NCBI RefSeq assembly: GCF_006345805.1
Contig: NC_043014.1
Span: 2,914,001-2,978,000, forward strand
Origin: Octopus sinensis
Taxonomy: Eukaryota
Direction of reading: 5' to 3'
DNA: 64,000 bases
Program-made: the position numbers and the translations under genes
Shown: positions 13,296-26,298 of the stretch, in pieces
Layout of the letters: each line of letters opens with the position of its first letter
Position numbering within the stretch: position 1 is the first letter of the stretch
Notes under the pieces: generated by a model
What the model saw: only the letters and a program-made list of their open reading frames with translations
Database searches by the model: none
Told to the model about the DNA's origin: nothing

Positions 13296-13661
13296 TTAAT
13301 TCTTATCATCATCATCATCATCATTATCATTATTATTGTTATTATTATCATTATTATAATTATTATTATTATTATTATTATTATTACTACTACTACTACT
13401 ACTATTATTATTTTTATAATTATTATTACTACTACTACTACTACTATTATTATTATTATTATTATTATCATCATCATCATCATCATCATTATTATTATTA
13501 TTATTATTGTTATTATTATCATTATTATTATTATTATTATTATTATTTTAATTGTTATCATCATCATCATCATCATCATTATCATTATTATTATTAATAT
13601 TATTGTTATTATTATTATTATCATCATCATCATCGTTATTATTATCATTATTATTGTTATT

Positions 13662-13709
<48 letters not shown>

Positions 13710-13775
13710 TTAATTCTTATCATCATCATCATCATCATCATTATCATTATTATTGTTATTATTATCATTATTATA

Positions 13776-13810
<35 letters not shown>

Positions 13811-14072
13811 TACTACTACTACTACTATTATTATTTTTATTATTATTATTACTACTACTACTACTATTATTATTATTATTATTATTATTATCATCATCAT
13901 CATCATCGTTATTATTATTATTATTATTGTTATTATTATCATTATTATTATTATTATTATTATTTTAATTGTTATCATCATCATCATCATCATTATCATT
14001 ATTATTATTATTAATATTATTATTATTATTATCATCATCATCATCGTTATTATTATCATTATTATTGTTATT

Positions 14073-14119
<47 letters not shown>

Positions 14120-14147
14120 TATTATTACTATTACTATTATTATTATA

Positions 14148-14245
<98 letters not shown>

Positions 14246-17200
14246 GGTGGAAAGCTGCCAGAATCGTTAGCACACTGAACGAAATGCTTAGCAGTATTTC
14301 GTCTGCCACTGTGTTCTGAGTTTTTTTCCTAAACTTTAATCATCATCATCAGATAGTGGTGATGTGCCAGGGCTTGGCCAAATTCATTCTGTATGTTTTA
14401 GCCAAAACATTAATTAAGCATGGATGATAGATGTTAAAAGATGATGATGTTGGTGATGATACACATAGATATTGCTTAATTGCTATCAACATCTCAAGCT
14501 GAAATGGAACTGACAAAAGGTGTCAAAACCACAGTGAAATTTAACTGGCATCTGATGAAGGGAATTTATGCATTCATGTCTGCATTCTGCTTTTTTAATT
14601 TTCCATTGTTCTACATAAACTGTTTCAGTTCTTACAACTCATAGGTTGTTGAAACTGAATATTGTCATTCAAACCAAATAATTAATTAAAATTAATTGTT
14701 AATTATTTGCAGAATTATGTTGTTTACTCTGATTGGTACCATGAAAACACTGGTCTGTATACTATCAATAAGCACACAGGACGATTGGTAGGGGTTCTCA
14801 AAGAACGTGACCCAAGTTTGGCTCTGGCGTTCCTTCATTCAAACAGTCAGTTGAAAAGTACAAGTAAGAGGTCAACTATTTACCATTTTTACATTTTTTT
14901 TTTCTGTGACGTCATGTTCCCAAGATGGTGCTGCCATAGTAGCAGAAAGTTGGTTTTCTTCCTGTGTCTCCTTTTCTGCAGACTTCTTCTACTTAGATAA
15001 CCTAGCACAAAGCTGACAATTTGAAAATAATCACTATAGTTCTAATTGCTTGTGCACTCAGACATATGGTTACAGGAAAGTTCACCATAAACATTTTTGC
15101 TGAAAGAAAATTCACCATTAAAAAAATTAATTAAAAAAATGATTAGCTGTTTCTTTAAAATGGCAATTTCATCAACTAACCTACCATTTAGAGAAACTTA
15201 ATTTCTTTAAAATTAGTTAAACAGTTTACAATCTGCTTGTGTGTCTCCTTTAAAGCAAACTTTCCTACAAAAAATTTTCCCAGTGAAAATGTGTAGGAAA
15301 ACTATTCTGGACACACAGAGGTGCATTCACGAACATACACACACACACACACACATATGTGTATATATACTCACAGATCCAACTCCTGTCATATAGCAAA
15401 TAGACATTAAATGATGATGATGCAGATGATGCCGATATGCATACATATTGCTTCATTGCTCTCAACATCTATAGCTGAAATGGAACTGTCAAAAGGTGTC
15501 AAAACCACAATGAAGTTTAACTGGCATCTGATGAAGGGGATTTATGCATTCATATCTGGGCTCATTTTTAGTATTACTTTTCATCGTACTGCATAAACTG
15601 TTTTACTTCTTACAACTGATTTTCAAACCAATACACTATTCACATTGCGTAGTTTTGTTTTTGTCCTTTTATTTGTCCTATAATTATTTGGCCTATAATT
15701 TTGTCCTTTTATTTGTTCCATAAGTATTTGTCCTATAATTTTGTCCTTTTCTTTGTCCTATAATTTTGTTTTTTGTTAACAGTGTTATGCCCAAATTTAT
15801 TTTGACAAACATATATAAATGTAGGTATGGCTGCATGGTTAAGAGCTTGCTTCCCAACCATGTGGCCTTGGATTCAATCCCACTGGGTGGCACCTTGGGC
15901 AAGTGTCTTCTACTAAAACTCTGAGCACAAAGCCTTGTAAGTGGATTTTGTAAATAGAACTGGAAGAAGCCAAACAAATGTGTGTATATATGTGTGTGTC
16001 TGTATGTGTGTGTGTTTGTGTGTATCTTCATGTTTGTGTTATATTTGTAAACCACTGCCACCACTTGACAGCCAGTGTTTGTTTGTATACATCCCTGTAA
16101 CTTAGCAGTTTAGCAAAAGCGATTGATAGACTAACTACCATGGGGTCCATTTCTTTTGGCTTAACTATAGAAGATGATGCCCCAGCATGGCCAGAGTCCA
16201 ATGACCGAAACAAGTAAAAAGTAAAAGAAAAACATTTACACGGGGGAAGGTATTTAACATATTTCACTCTTTTGTTCTTTTATTTGACTGTGGCCATGCT
16301 GGAGCACCGCCTTTAGTCAAACAAATCAACCCCAGAATTTATTCTATAGGTCTCTTTTGTCAAACCACTTAGTTAAAGGGATTTAAACACACCAACATTG
16401 GTTGTCAAGCGAGGGTGGGTGACAAACACAGACACACAAACATATACAGGGCGCGTAAAGTATTTGAGGACCTTTTTGGGTCATTGTGGAAGTTTTTGCC
16501 ACAATGTATAATCTTTGTTTCAGAAATTAATAATGGCAGACCCTCAGCTTACTCAAGAAATGAAGAGACATGATATTATTGTGGTTATAAAGGCTGAGCA
16601 TAGCAATTTAGAAATATCTTGATTTTTAAAAGATGCCAGATCTTTCGTCTACAAATTTTGTAAGGAGCTAGAGACTGAAGATGGAAACGTATCACCAATA
16701 TCAAAGCATAAAAAGCATTCTAAACACTCTGAAATCATCAGAATACCTGAATTTATCCACCAAGTTCAACAGAACATTGATTACAATCCCAGAAAGTCCA
16801 TAAGGTCAATTGCAAAAGATCTTCCTGTGTCAGAAGGAACAGTCAAAAATGTCCACAAAGACATCAGATATAAGCCTTATATGATGAGGAAAGGTGAATT
16901 TGTCAGACAAAGCAAAAGAAAATCACTACATCAGATCTAAGAAGTTCTTAAACAAACTGAAAAATCCAGCAGAAGAAGATTTGATTTGATTTTTCTCAAA
17001 CAAGAAAAACTTTGGCCTAGATCAAAGAGTTAACAGAAGAAATGACAGATGGTTATGTGCAGACCATTCTGAAGTTCCACGTGTTACGCATACAAAATTT
17101 CCTGAACCTGTCATGGCTTTATGGGTTGTCAGCAATGAAGGACATGTGATGCTTCTTTACTTCTTTCCATAAGGTCTTAGAGTTAACTCTGCCACCTACA

Positions 17201-17700
17201 CTGAGGTTCTGGAAATAATTGTTAAGCCCTGGACAGACAGTGTATGCAATGGAAGGCCATATGTGTTTCAGTAAGACTCTGCACTATCACACATGGCTCT
17301 AGTAATACAGGAATGGATGGCTGAAAATTTTCATCATCATATAACCCCTAACATTTGACCTCCTAATTCCCTAGATCTCAATCCACTGGACTATTACATG
17401 TGGAGCATTGTTGAGAGAGGGGTCAATGAACACGTCCATAACACCAAAGATTCTTTGAAAGCTTCCATAGTCAGAGTAATGTCCAAAATGAACCAGAACC
17501 ACTTGATCCGAGTATGTAGATGATTTAGATCTCATATAGAAGCAGTTGTTGAAGCTGAAGGTGGCTTTATTGAATAAGATTATAGAAAAGAAGGTCTATT
17601 TTTATACTCACAGCATTTTTTGATAAATAAAGTTATTATCTGTTATTATATACCTGTTTTTTATAAACACGAATCTGTCCTCAAATATCTTACGCACCCA

Positions 17701-17743
<43 letters not shown>

Positions 17744-19671
17744 GCTTCTTTCAGTTTCCATCTACCAAATCTACTCACAAGGCTTTGGTCAGCCGGAGGC
17801 TATAGCAGAAGACACTTGCCCTAGGTGCCATGCAGCAGTGGGACTGAACCTGGAACCATGTGGTTGGTAAGCAAGCTACTTACCACACAGTGAAGCAGTG
17901 AAGAATTCAATGTTTGCTAATTTCATACAAATATTACAAATGTACAGAAATGTTATGAAAGATTATCATATTCCAGATGCTTGCGTGAAGAACAATGGAG
18001 GTTGCTACCATATCTGTCTTCCTAAAAAGAATGGTCACCGTTGTCTCTGTGCCATTGGCTTCCACCTCAATGACAACGGACAATGCACTGCAAGTGAGTA
18101 GCCAGTTTCAGCTCTTTTATGGTATCTGTCTGTCTGTCCGTCTGTCTGTATGACTGTATGTCTGTCTGTATGTATGTATGTATGTCAAAATGTGACCTTG
18201 TGTGTATTGTTGGCGATTTTTTTTCCTCTGTCTTCTCTTCTCTGGATCTTTCCTTCTATGTTCCTGACAAAGAGCTCTGCTCGAAACGTTAAACCCTCCT
18301 TCTTTCCTGAGCGTCCAATAATACTATATTTGTTCCACGTCCTCGCGTTGTGGTATTTTCTCTTTGTGTTTTCATGCTTGGATTAACTTTAAGTATGTAT
18401 GTATGTATGTATGTGTATGTATGCATGTATGTGTGTCTATATGTATGTATGTATATGTGTGTATGTATGTATATATGTATGTATGTATGCATGCATGTAT
18501 GTATGTATGGCTGTATGTATGTATGTATGGCTGTATGTATGTATGTATGTATGGCTGTATGTATGTATGTGTATGTATGTATGTATGGCTGTATGTATGT
18601 ATGTATATATGTTTCTTTTTCCTTTCCTTCACACCTCTGTGAAATATATATATGCATAGAGTTGTACATATATATTCACACACACACACAAATACACACA
18701 CACATACACACTCACACACACACTCACATACACACACACATACACATACACACACACACACTCACACACGCATACACACACACACATACACACACACACG
18801 TACACACACACATAAACACTCACACACACACATACACACTTACACATACACACTCACACGCACACACACACACATGCACACACACACACACACAGAGCCA
18901 TACACATATCCATGGGGAAATATTACCTTTCTCGGAAACAGGTGAGGTTAGTGACGGGAAGAGCATCCAACCATACAAAATTTCCTTTAACAAATCCTGA
19001 AGAACACATACCTATTTCTTTATTACCCCCAAGGGGCTAAACACAGAGGGGACAAACAAGGACAGACATAGGTATTAAGTCGATTACATCGACCCCAGTG
19101 CGTAACTGGTACTTAACTTATCGACCCCGAAAGGATGAAAGGCAAAGTCGACCTCGGCGGAATTTGAACTCACAACGTAACGCAGACAAAATACCGCTAA
19201 GCATTTCGCCCGGTGTGCTACCGTTTCTGCCAGCTCGCCTGAAGAACACATACCAACATGGAAAAAAATTGTGAGTCAACTTAGTAGATGGAAACGGACA
19301 AAATACCGCTAAGCATTTCGCCCAGCATCCTAACGTTTCTGCCAGAATCACTGCCTTGATGTCCTTACGTTCTGACAAACATTTACAATTGTCTGACTTT
19401 TCATTGCAGCGTGGAAGGTGTTTGTAAGCCATTTAAGAAACACACAAAAGCCGTTCGATTCACTTCAACATTTAAATTTAATTTGTCAAAATATTTTCGT
19501 CGCTTTAAGACCGCGAAACAGTGAACAGGTCGTGGTCTCAAAGCGACGAAAATATTTTGACAAACTTAAATGTTGAAGTGAATCTAACGGTTTTTGTGTG
19601 TTTCTTAAATGGCTTATAAACACCTTCCAATCTGCAATTGTATATATATATATGTATATATATGTATTTAC

Positions 19672-19703
<32 letters not shown>

Positions 19704-22700
19704 ATATATATATGGAGATGTACCTGCATAGCAAGTGATTTGATCTGAGATCGTGTGCTGAAACGAAAACAATTGCAGCATGGAAGGTGTTTATAAGCCA
19801 TTTAAGAAACACACAAAAGCCGTTCGATTCACTTCAACATTTAAGTTTAATTTGTCAAAATATTTTCGTCGCTTTAAGACTGCAACCTGTTCACTGACAA
19901 AACTCCATGCTGCATCTCTGAAGTTTTGTCAGTGAACAGGTCGCAGTCTGAAAGCAACGAAAATATTTTGACAAATTAAATTTAAATGTTGATGTCAATC
20001 TAATGGTTTTTGTGTGTTTCTTAAATGGCTTATAAGCACTTTCCACACTGTGGAGGCACATGGCCTAGTGGTTAGAGCAGCGGACTCGCGGTCGAGGGAT
20101 CGCGGGTTCAAATCTCAGACTGGGCGATGTGTGTGTTTATGAGTGAAACACCTAAGCTCCACAGGGCTCCAGCAGAAGGTAATGGCAAAACTTCTACTGA
20201 CTCTTTCGCCACAACTCTCTCTCACTCTTTCCTTCTGCATCTTGCAGCTCACCTGCGACGGACCGGCGTCCCGTCCAGGTGGGGAACCTATACACCAAGA
20301 AACCGGCCCTTATGAGCAAGGTATGGCTCAAGAAGGAACATACAACAACCTTCCACGCTGCAATTGTTTTCGTTCCAGCACACAATCTCAGATCAGGTCA
20401 CTTGCTATGCAAGTACATCTCTGTAATGACTTTTTATTGTCTTCTTTTAAAGATATCACATACCACGAGTTCCTGCTCATTGCTGACCAGAGGCTGCGGC
20501 GTTTATACCAAATCAATCTATGGAACATGGAAATTAACGCTCTTCCAATTACTCCATTGAAACAACCGATTGATATTGCTTTCGACTCCAAAGAGATGAT
20601 GGTGAGATGGGTTTCCATACTTAAGCTTGCCTCAGTGACACGCTTGATAGGTTTACTGGTTATATACACTCACATCCAGTGTGTATAATGTTGTTATATA
20701 CTGTTTTACTGTTTTACTTGTTTCAGTCATTTGACTGCGGCCATGCTGGAGCACCGCCTTTAATCGAGAATAAGTCCCGGGGTCGATTTGCTCGACTAAA
20801 GGCGGTGCTCCAGCATGGCCGCAGTCAAATGACTGAAACAAATAAAAGAGTAAAAGAGTAAAGAGAGAATTATAATAATGTGAATGTTTACCAAGGGCTG
20901 GGTTCGGTAGTCACCAGTGGAGCCACAAGTGTAAAGTATAAATATTTGTTTAGATGTCCAATGTTCTTAATGATCAATGGTGGTCTTCTGCAGTTACAAG
21001 TAAAAGGGTCGAAAGAGGGGACAGAAAGCAGACCTTTAACCCTTTAGCATTCAGATTACTCTGTCAAATGTAAAGCCTATTTAATCACATTGTTTTAAAT
21101 TAATTGTACAGCATCTTGTAGCTCTGATATTTTGATGATGTCCCTGTTTATTTTTGGAATGGCTTTGTAGGGTAGGTGTGAGAGGTCAGAGCTGGCTGGT
21201 TTGAGCATAAAACAGGAAGACAATTTTGGCCTGGTATGGCCAGTTTAAACACTAAAGGGTTAAGCCAAGTAAAGGAAGACAACAAAGAAAGCCAGTAGTA
21301 GGAAAAACACAGAAAAGGGACCCTTAACCCATATATATACCCCTGGTTGCATTTTCACAATGCAAAACCTGCTCCTACCATCTGTATGTATGGGTATGAC
21401 TTTAAACTGCATCGAGTTGTAGGGTTTTAGTTCAGGAGTTTCAGGTTTCAAATGAGGATGGTTCCTAAGTCTAACTCTGGCCCAGAGTAATAACACCTGT
21501 CAGGATCCCAGCTATGGTTCAACTAGTATATATGATGGTTGGTTTTAGGGTTCACAGTAAAACCAGTGGAAGTGAGGGACCCCTAGCTGTTGACACAGCA
21601 TCCTTCTATGAGAGGGACACTCTGATATAAAACCTATGGCTTCACGTGATAACTGATCCTCTCACTTTGGTCTGTCACCAGGTACTTATCACAGAGACTC
21701 AGAGAATGGTACTTGTATTATCCAAGTGTTTATCATTACTAGCAGTATCGCCCGGCGTTGCTCAGGTTTGTTTCGACCCTTTAGAATTGGAATTTTTGAA
21801 AAGTAAAAATTTTGCATTATGTAGCTTGTTATTCTCTTTAAGTGTACATTTTTCTGGTTGAAATACACCGAAAAATGGCGACACAGCAGTCAAAAAATCG
21901 TAAAAAATAGGGATTTTCATAGAAAAAAAGCACCCTTTTGATGTAAATAATTTTTGGTGTTAACATGGTCCGATTTGAATTTTTTTTTCTACGGAAGGAA
22001 GAGCAAGCCTTCTTCTATCATAATTTCAATTTTGGTCAACTTGCGCCGCAGAGTCTAGGAGGAGATGGTGTTAGTTGAAGGCTACCAAACCTGCCATACA
22101 CAGACAGCTTTATATGAATAGAGATAATCCAATGACGCACAGACTTCTTGTTATGGTGACCTTATTTGTCCTTCCATCAGCCAAAAGTCCAAAGGCGATG
22201 GAAAAGTGACGATGTATGCAGACCTAATCACTTGGGAACGCTAAGTTACAACTTTCGCCTGTCACCTTTTCTTCAAACCATGCAGATCTGCAACGGGACA
22301 GCATAATCATCAGAAAGGCCATGGATGGGAAAGTTTGGAGGGTCATTTAAGATGGAGAAGCACAAAGAGATAGCAAACATCTGTGAAGAGGTGGAAGATG
22401 AAGCAATCACCAGGGATATATAAGTGAAGAGATATAAATATGCATGTGTATGTATGTCGGTGGCATGTGTCAACGTCGCCTTACTGGCACCTGTGTCGGT
22501 GGCACGTGTAAAAAGATTCAAGCGAGGTCATTGCCAGTACCACCTGACTGGCCCCCGTGCTGGTGGCATGTAAAAAGCACCCACTACACTCTCGCAGTGG
22601 TTGGCATTAGGAAGGGAATCCAGCTGTAGAAACTCTGCCAGATCAAGACTGGAGCCTGGTGCAGCCATCTGGTTCGCCAGCCCTCAGTCAAAATCGTCCA

Positions 22701-25700
22701 ACCCATGCCAGCATGGAAAGCGGACGTTAAACAATGATGATGATGATGATGATGATGCACATCGTCATCATCATCATCATCATCATCATAATATGTCCAT
22801 TTTCCAGGGTGGCATATCATCATCATCGTTTAACGTCCGTTCTCCATGCTAGCATGGGTTGTTGGACGGTTCGACCAGGGATCTGGGAAGCCAGGAGGCT
22901 GCACCAGGCTCCGGTCTTATCTGGCAATGTTTCTACAGCTTGATGCCCTTCCTAACGCCAACCACTCCGTGAGTGTAGTGGGTCCTTTTTACGTGCCACC
23001 TGCACAGGTGCCAGGCGAGGCTGGCAATGTGCATGTATATTGAGAGATGGGGGTGAGAGAAGGGTGGTGGGCAAACAGAGAGTGGGATGATGCGGAATGG
23101 AGAGACGTTTGGGGGAGAGATTAACAATGTTCCTCCCTTTCTCTCTGTAGGTCTACTGGACCGATGCCGAAGACGATTCTATCAGCCGCTCGAAACTCAA
23201 CGGAGATTATTACGAAACCTTACTTCAAGATTCTTCTATATGTAAGATTACAGCCAATGTATGTTGTCGTTGTTGCTGTTGTTGTTGCTGTTGTTGTTTT
23301 TGTTGATGTTGTTGATTTTGTTGTTGTTTTTGTGGTTCTTTGCTTCCTCCTCCTCCCCCCCTCCTCCTTTGTCTTCTTGAAACGATAAAAGGAATAATGA
23401 TTATGAACTTAGTGTGTACTGAACTCAGGTGTGCCACAACTCATCTGTAAAAGGGTCGAAAGAGGGGACAGAAAGCAGACCCTTAATCCAAGTAAATGAA
23501 GACAACAAGGAAAGCCAGTAGTAGGAAAAACACAGAAAAGGGACCCTTAACCCATATATACCCCCTGGTTGCGTTTTCACAATGCAAAACCTGCTCCTAC
23601 CTGTTGGACATGAACTCACCTGGAAGCACCTGACTGACCATACGAAATGTCCAGTAGGGAGTCGACACCCAAAGCTAACAGTTGCATCCTGTCCTTCTCT
23701 TTCAGATGGTGAAAGCTTACCATAACGTTTAATCTAAATACAGTGAAATTTTAAGACTTCATTTTTTATGGGCAGCCTCGCCTGGCACCAGTGCAGGTGG
23801 CACGTAAAAAGCACCCACTACACTCTCGGAGTGGTTGGCGTTAGGAAGGGCATCCAGCTGTAGAAACTTTGCCAGATAAGACCGGAGCAGTACTTATTCT
23901 ATCGGTCTCTTTTGCCGAACCGCTAAGTGACGGGGATGTAAACAAACAGGTAAATATATACGACAGGCTTTTTTCAGTTTCCGTCTACCAAATCCACTGA
24001 CAAGGCATTGGTTGGCCCGGGGCTATAGCAGAAGACACTTGCCCAAGATGCCATGCAGTGGGACTGAACCCGGAACCATGTGGTTGGTAAACAAGCTACT
24101 TACCACACAGCCACTCCTGATTCAACAATTCTGAATCTGATAAAAAAGTGTTTCCCAAAAACCATGGGCCCTGCACTGATTGTTGATCTTACAAATAGGC
24201 GCAGGAGTGGCTGTGTGGTAAGTAGCTTGCTAACCAACTACATGGTTCCGGGTTCAGTCTCACTGCATGGCATCTTGGGCAATTGTCTTCTGCTATAGCC
24301 CCGGGCCGACCAAAGCCTTGTGAGTGGATTTGATAGACGGAAACTGAAAGAAGCCTGACGTATATATGTATATATATATATAAGTGTGTGTGTATATGTT
24401 TGTGTGTCTGTGTTTGTCCCCCCAGCATTGTTGACAACCGATGCTGGTGTGTTTACGTCCCCGTCAGTTAGCAGTTCGGCAAAAGAGACCGATAGAATAA
24501 GTACTGGGCTTACAAAGAATAAGTCCCGGGGTCGATTTGCTCGACTAAAGGCGGTGCTCCAGCATGGCCGCAGTCAAATGACTGAAACAAGTAAAAGGGT
24601 AAAAGAGAAAAGAGAGTATGTCTAAGAGGGGGTAGAGGTGTTGAATTCAACATGGTGGCCAAAGTTGCTGTTTGAAAGATGGTGAACAGACTTCTACCAA
24701 ATCATCTGATAACCATCAAAGCCTTTGTGTGTTGATTCCCAGAGAAGATGGCCAAGATACAGTAAGCCTGGCTTAGTGGTTAGGAGTTTTCAGCTCACAA
24801 TTGCAAGGCCAGGAGTTCAATTCCTGGCAGTGCCTTGTGTCCTTGAGCAAGACACTTTATTTCACGTTGCTCCAATCCACTCAACTGCCAAAAATGAGAT
24901 GTACCAGTAATTCGAAGGGGGCCAGCCTTCAAGAGGCACAAGGCCTGAAGATTCTTGTGAAGGGGGAGTAAATTGATGACATCAACCCCAGTGTTTAACT
25001 GGTACTTATTTTATCGACCCCAAAAAGATGAAAGACCAATCAACCTTGGTCGAATTTGAACCTGCTAATTATTCTACCAGTTACGCCTTCAGCCTTAATA
25101 ATAATGGTTTCAGATATTGGCACAAGGCCAGCAATTTCTGGGCACTAGATAAGACAATTACATTGACTCACAGCATTCAATTGGTGCTTATTTTATCAAG
25201 TACGAATGGCTAAGTCAACCTCGGCACGATTTGAACTCTAAATGCAAAGTGCATGAAGTACAGCTAAATATTTTGTCTAACCTGTTAACGTTTCTTATTT
25301 TTTTATTGCCCACAAGGGGCTAAACATAGAGGGGGCAAACAAAGACAGACAAAGGCATTAAGTCGATTACTTCGACCCCAGTGCGCAACTGGTACTTTAT
25401 GTATCGACCCCAAAAGCAAAGTCGACCTTGGCGGAATTTGAACTCAGAACGTAACGGCAGACAAAATACCACTAAGCATTTCACCCAGCGCACTAACAAT
25501 TCTGCCAGCTAATCACTTCAATAATAATAATAATAATAATGATAATAATAATAATAATAATAATAATTGCAGTACCAGGCAGTGACTCTCATGGCTTCTG
25601 ATCTTAACTGATTGGAAGTGTTATCATGTACATTGTTTTGTCTTGGTACAAAAGACGGGCTACAGCAAATATTCTGCTCAATACCACAGATTTGCTTGTC

Positions 25701-26105
25701 AGTTGTTTGACCTTAACCAGTTGAGCATGTCCCTTAGTGGCTGATGATATGTGCATCTCTGATCACGAGCAGAAGTAGTGGGGGAGCATCATAGCCATGT
25801 GTTGAGAGGGATTCTTTGGGGTTTGAATAATTCACCTCTGGAAACATGGGTGGTTCTTTCAACATCCTTAAACAACTTTTATTCAGGGACCTGATGGGTT
25901 ACTCGACCAGAAGAAAATTCTAACAGGGCCCCACTTGGAAGGTCATGTGCTGTTTATCTTGATATGAGATCACCATGTCGCGCACATATGGTTGTGATGC
26001 ATGTGCCTGGTGTACCCTTATCAGACGGGTAGTCATGATGGGTATATTGGGCTTCGTATATTTTACCCCAGTGTCACTTTGATGGCATGCACTGCTCTCT
26101 CACTC

Positions 26106-26153
<48 letters not shown>

Positions 26154-26248
26154 CTTTTTTTTAATAATAATTTTTTTTTACTCTAGGCACAAGGCCTGAA
26201 ATTTTGGGGGAGGGGGCCAGTCGATTAGATTGACTCCAGCTCACCACC

Positions 26249-26298
<50 letters not shown>

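Noticed and set aside
12968-14086. 372-aa Ile/Met ORF
   Set aside because: Reading-frame artefact of the (ATT/ATC)n tract.
14552-14575. CTGATGAAGGG (also 15528)
   Set aside because: No downstream GAAA or stem III, so it cannot be called a ribozyme.
20051-20125. tRNA gene candidates (also the heads of SINE families A and B, 24765, 26750, 40995)
   Set aside because: A/B boxes are present but there is no complete cloverleaf, and each runs into a SINE body.
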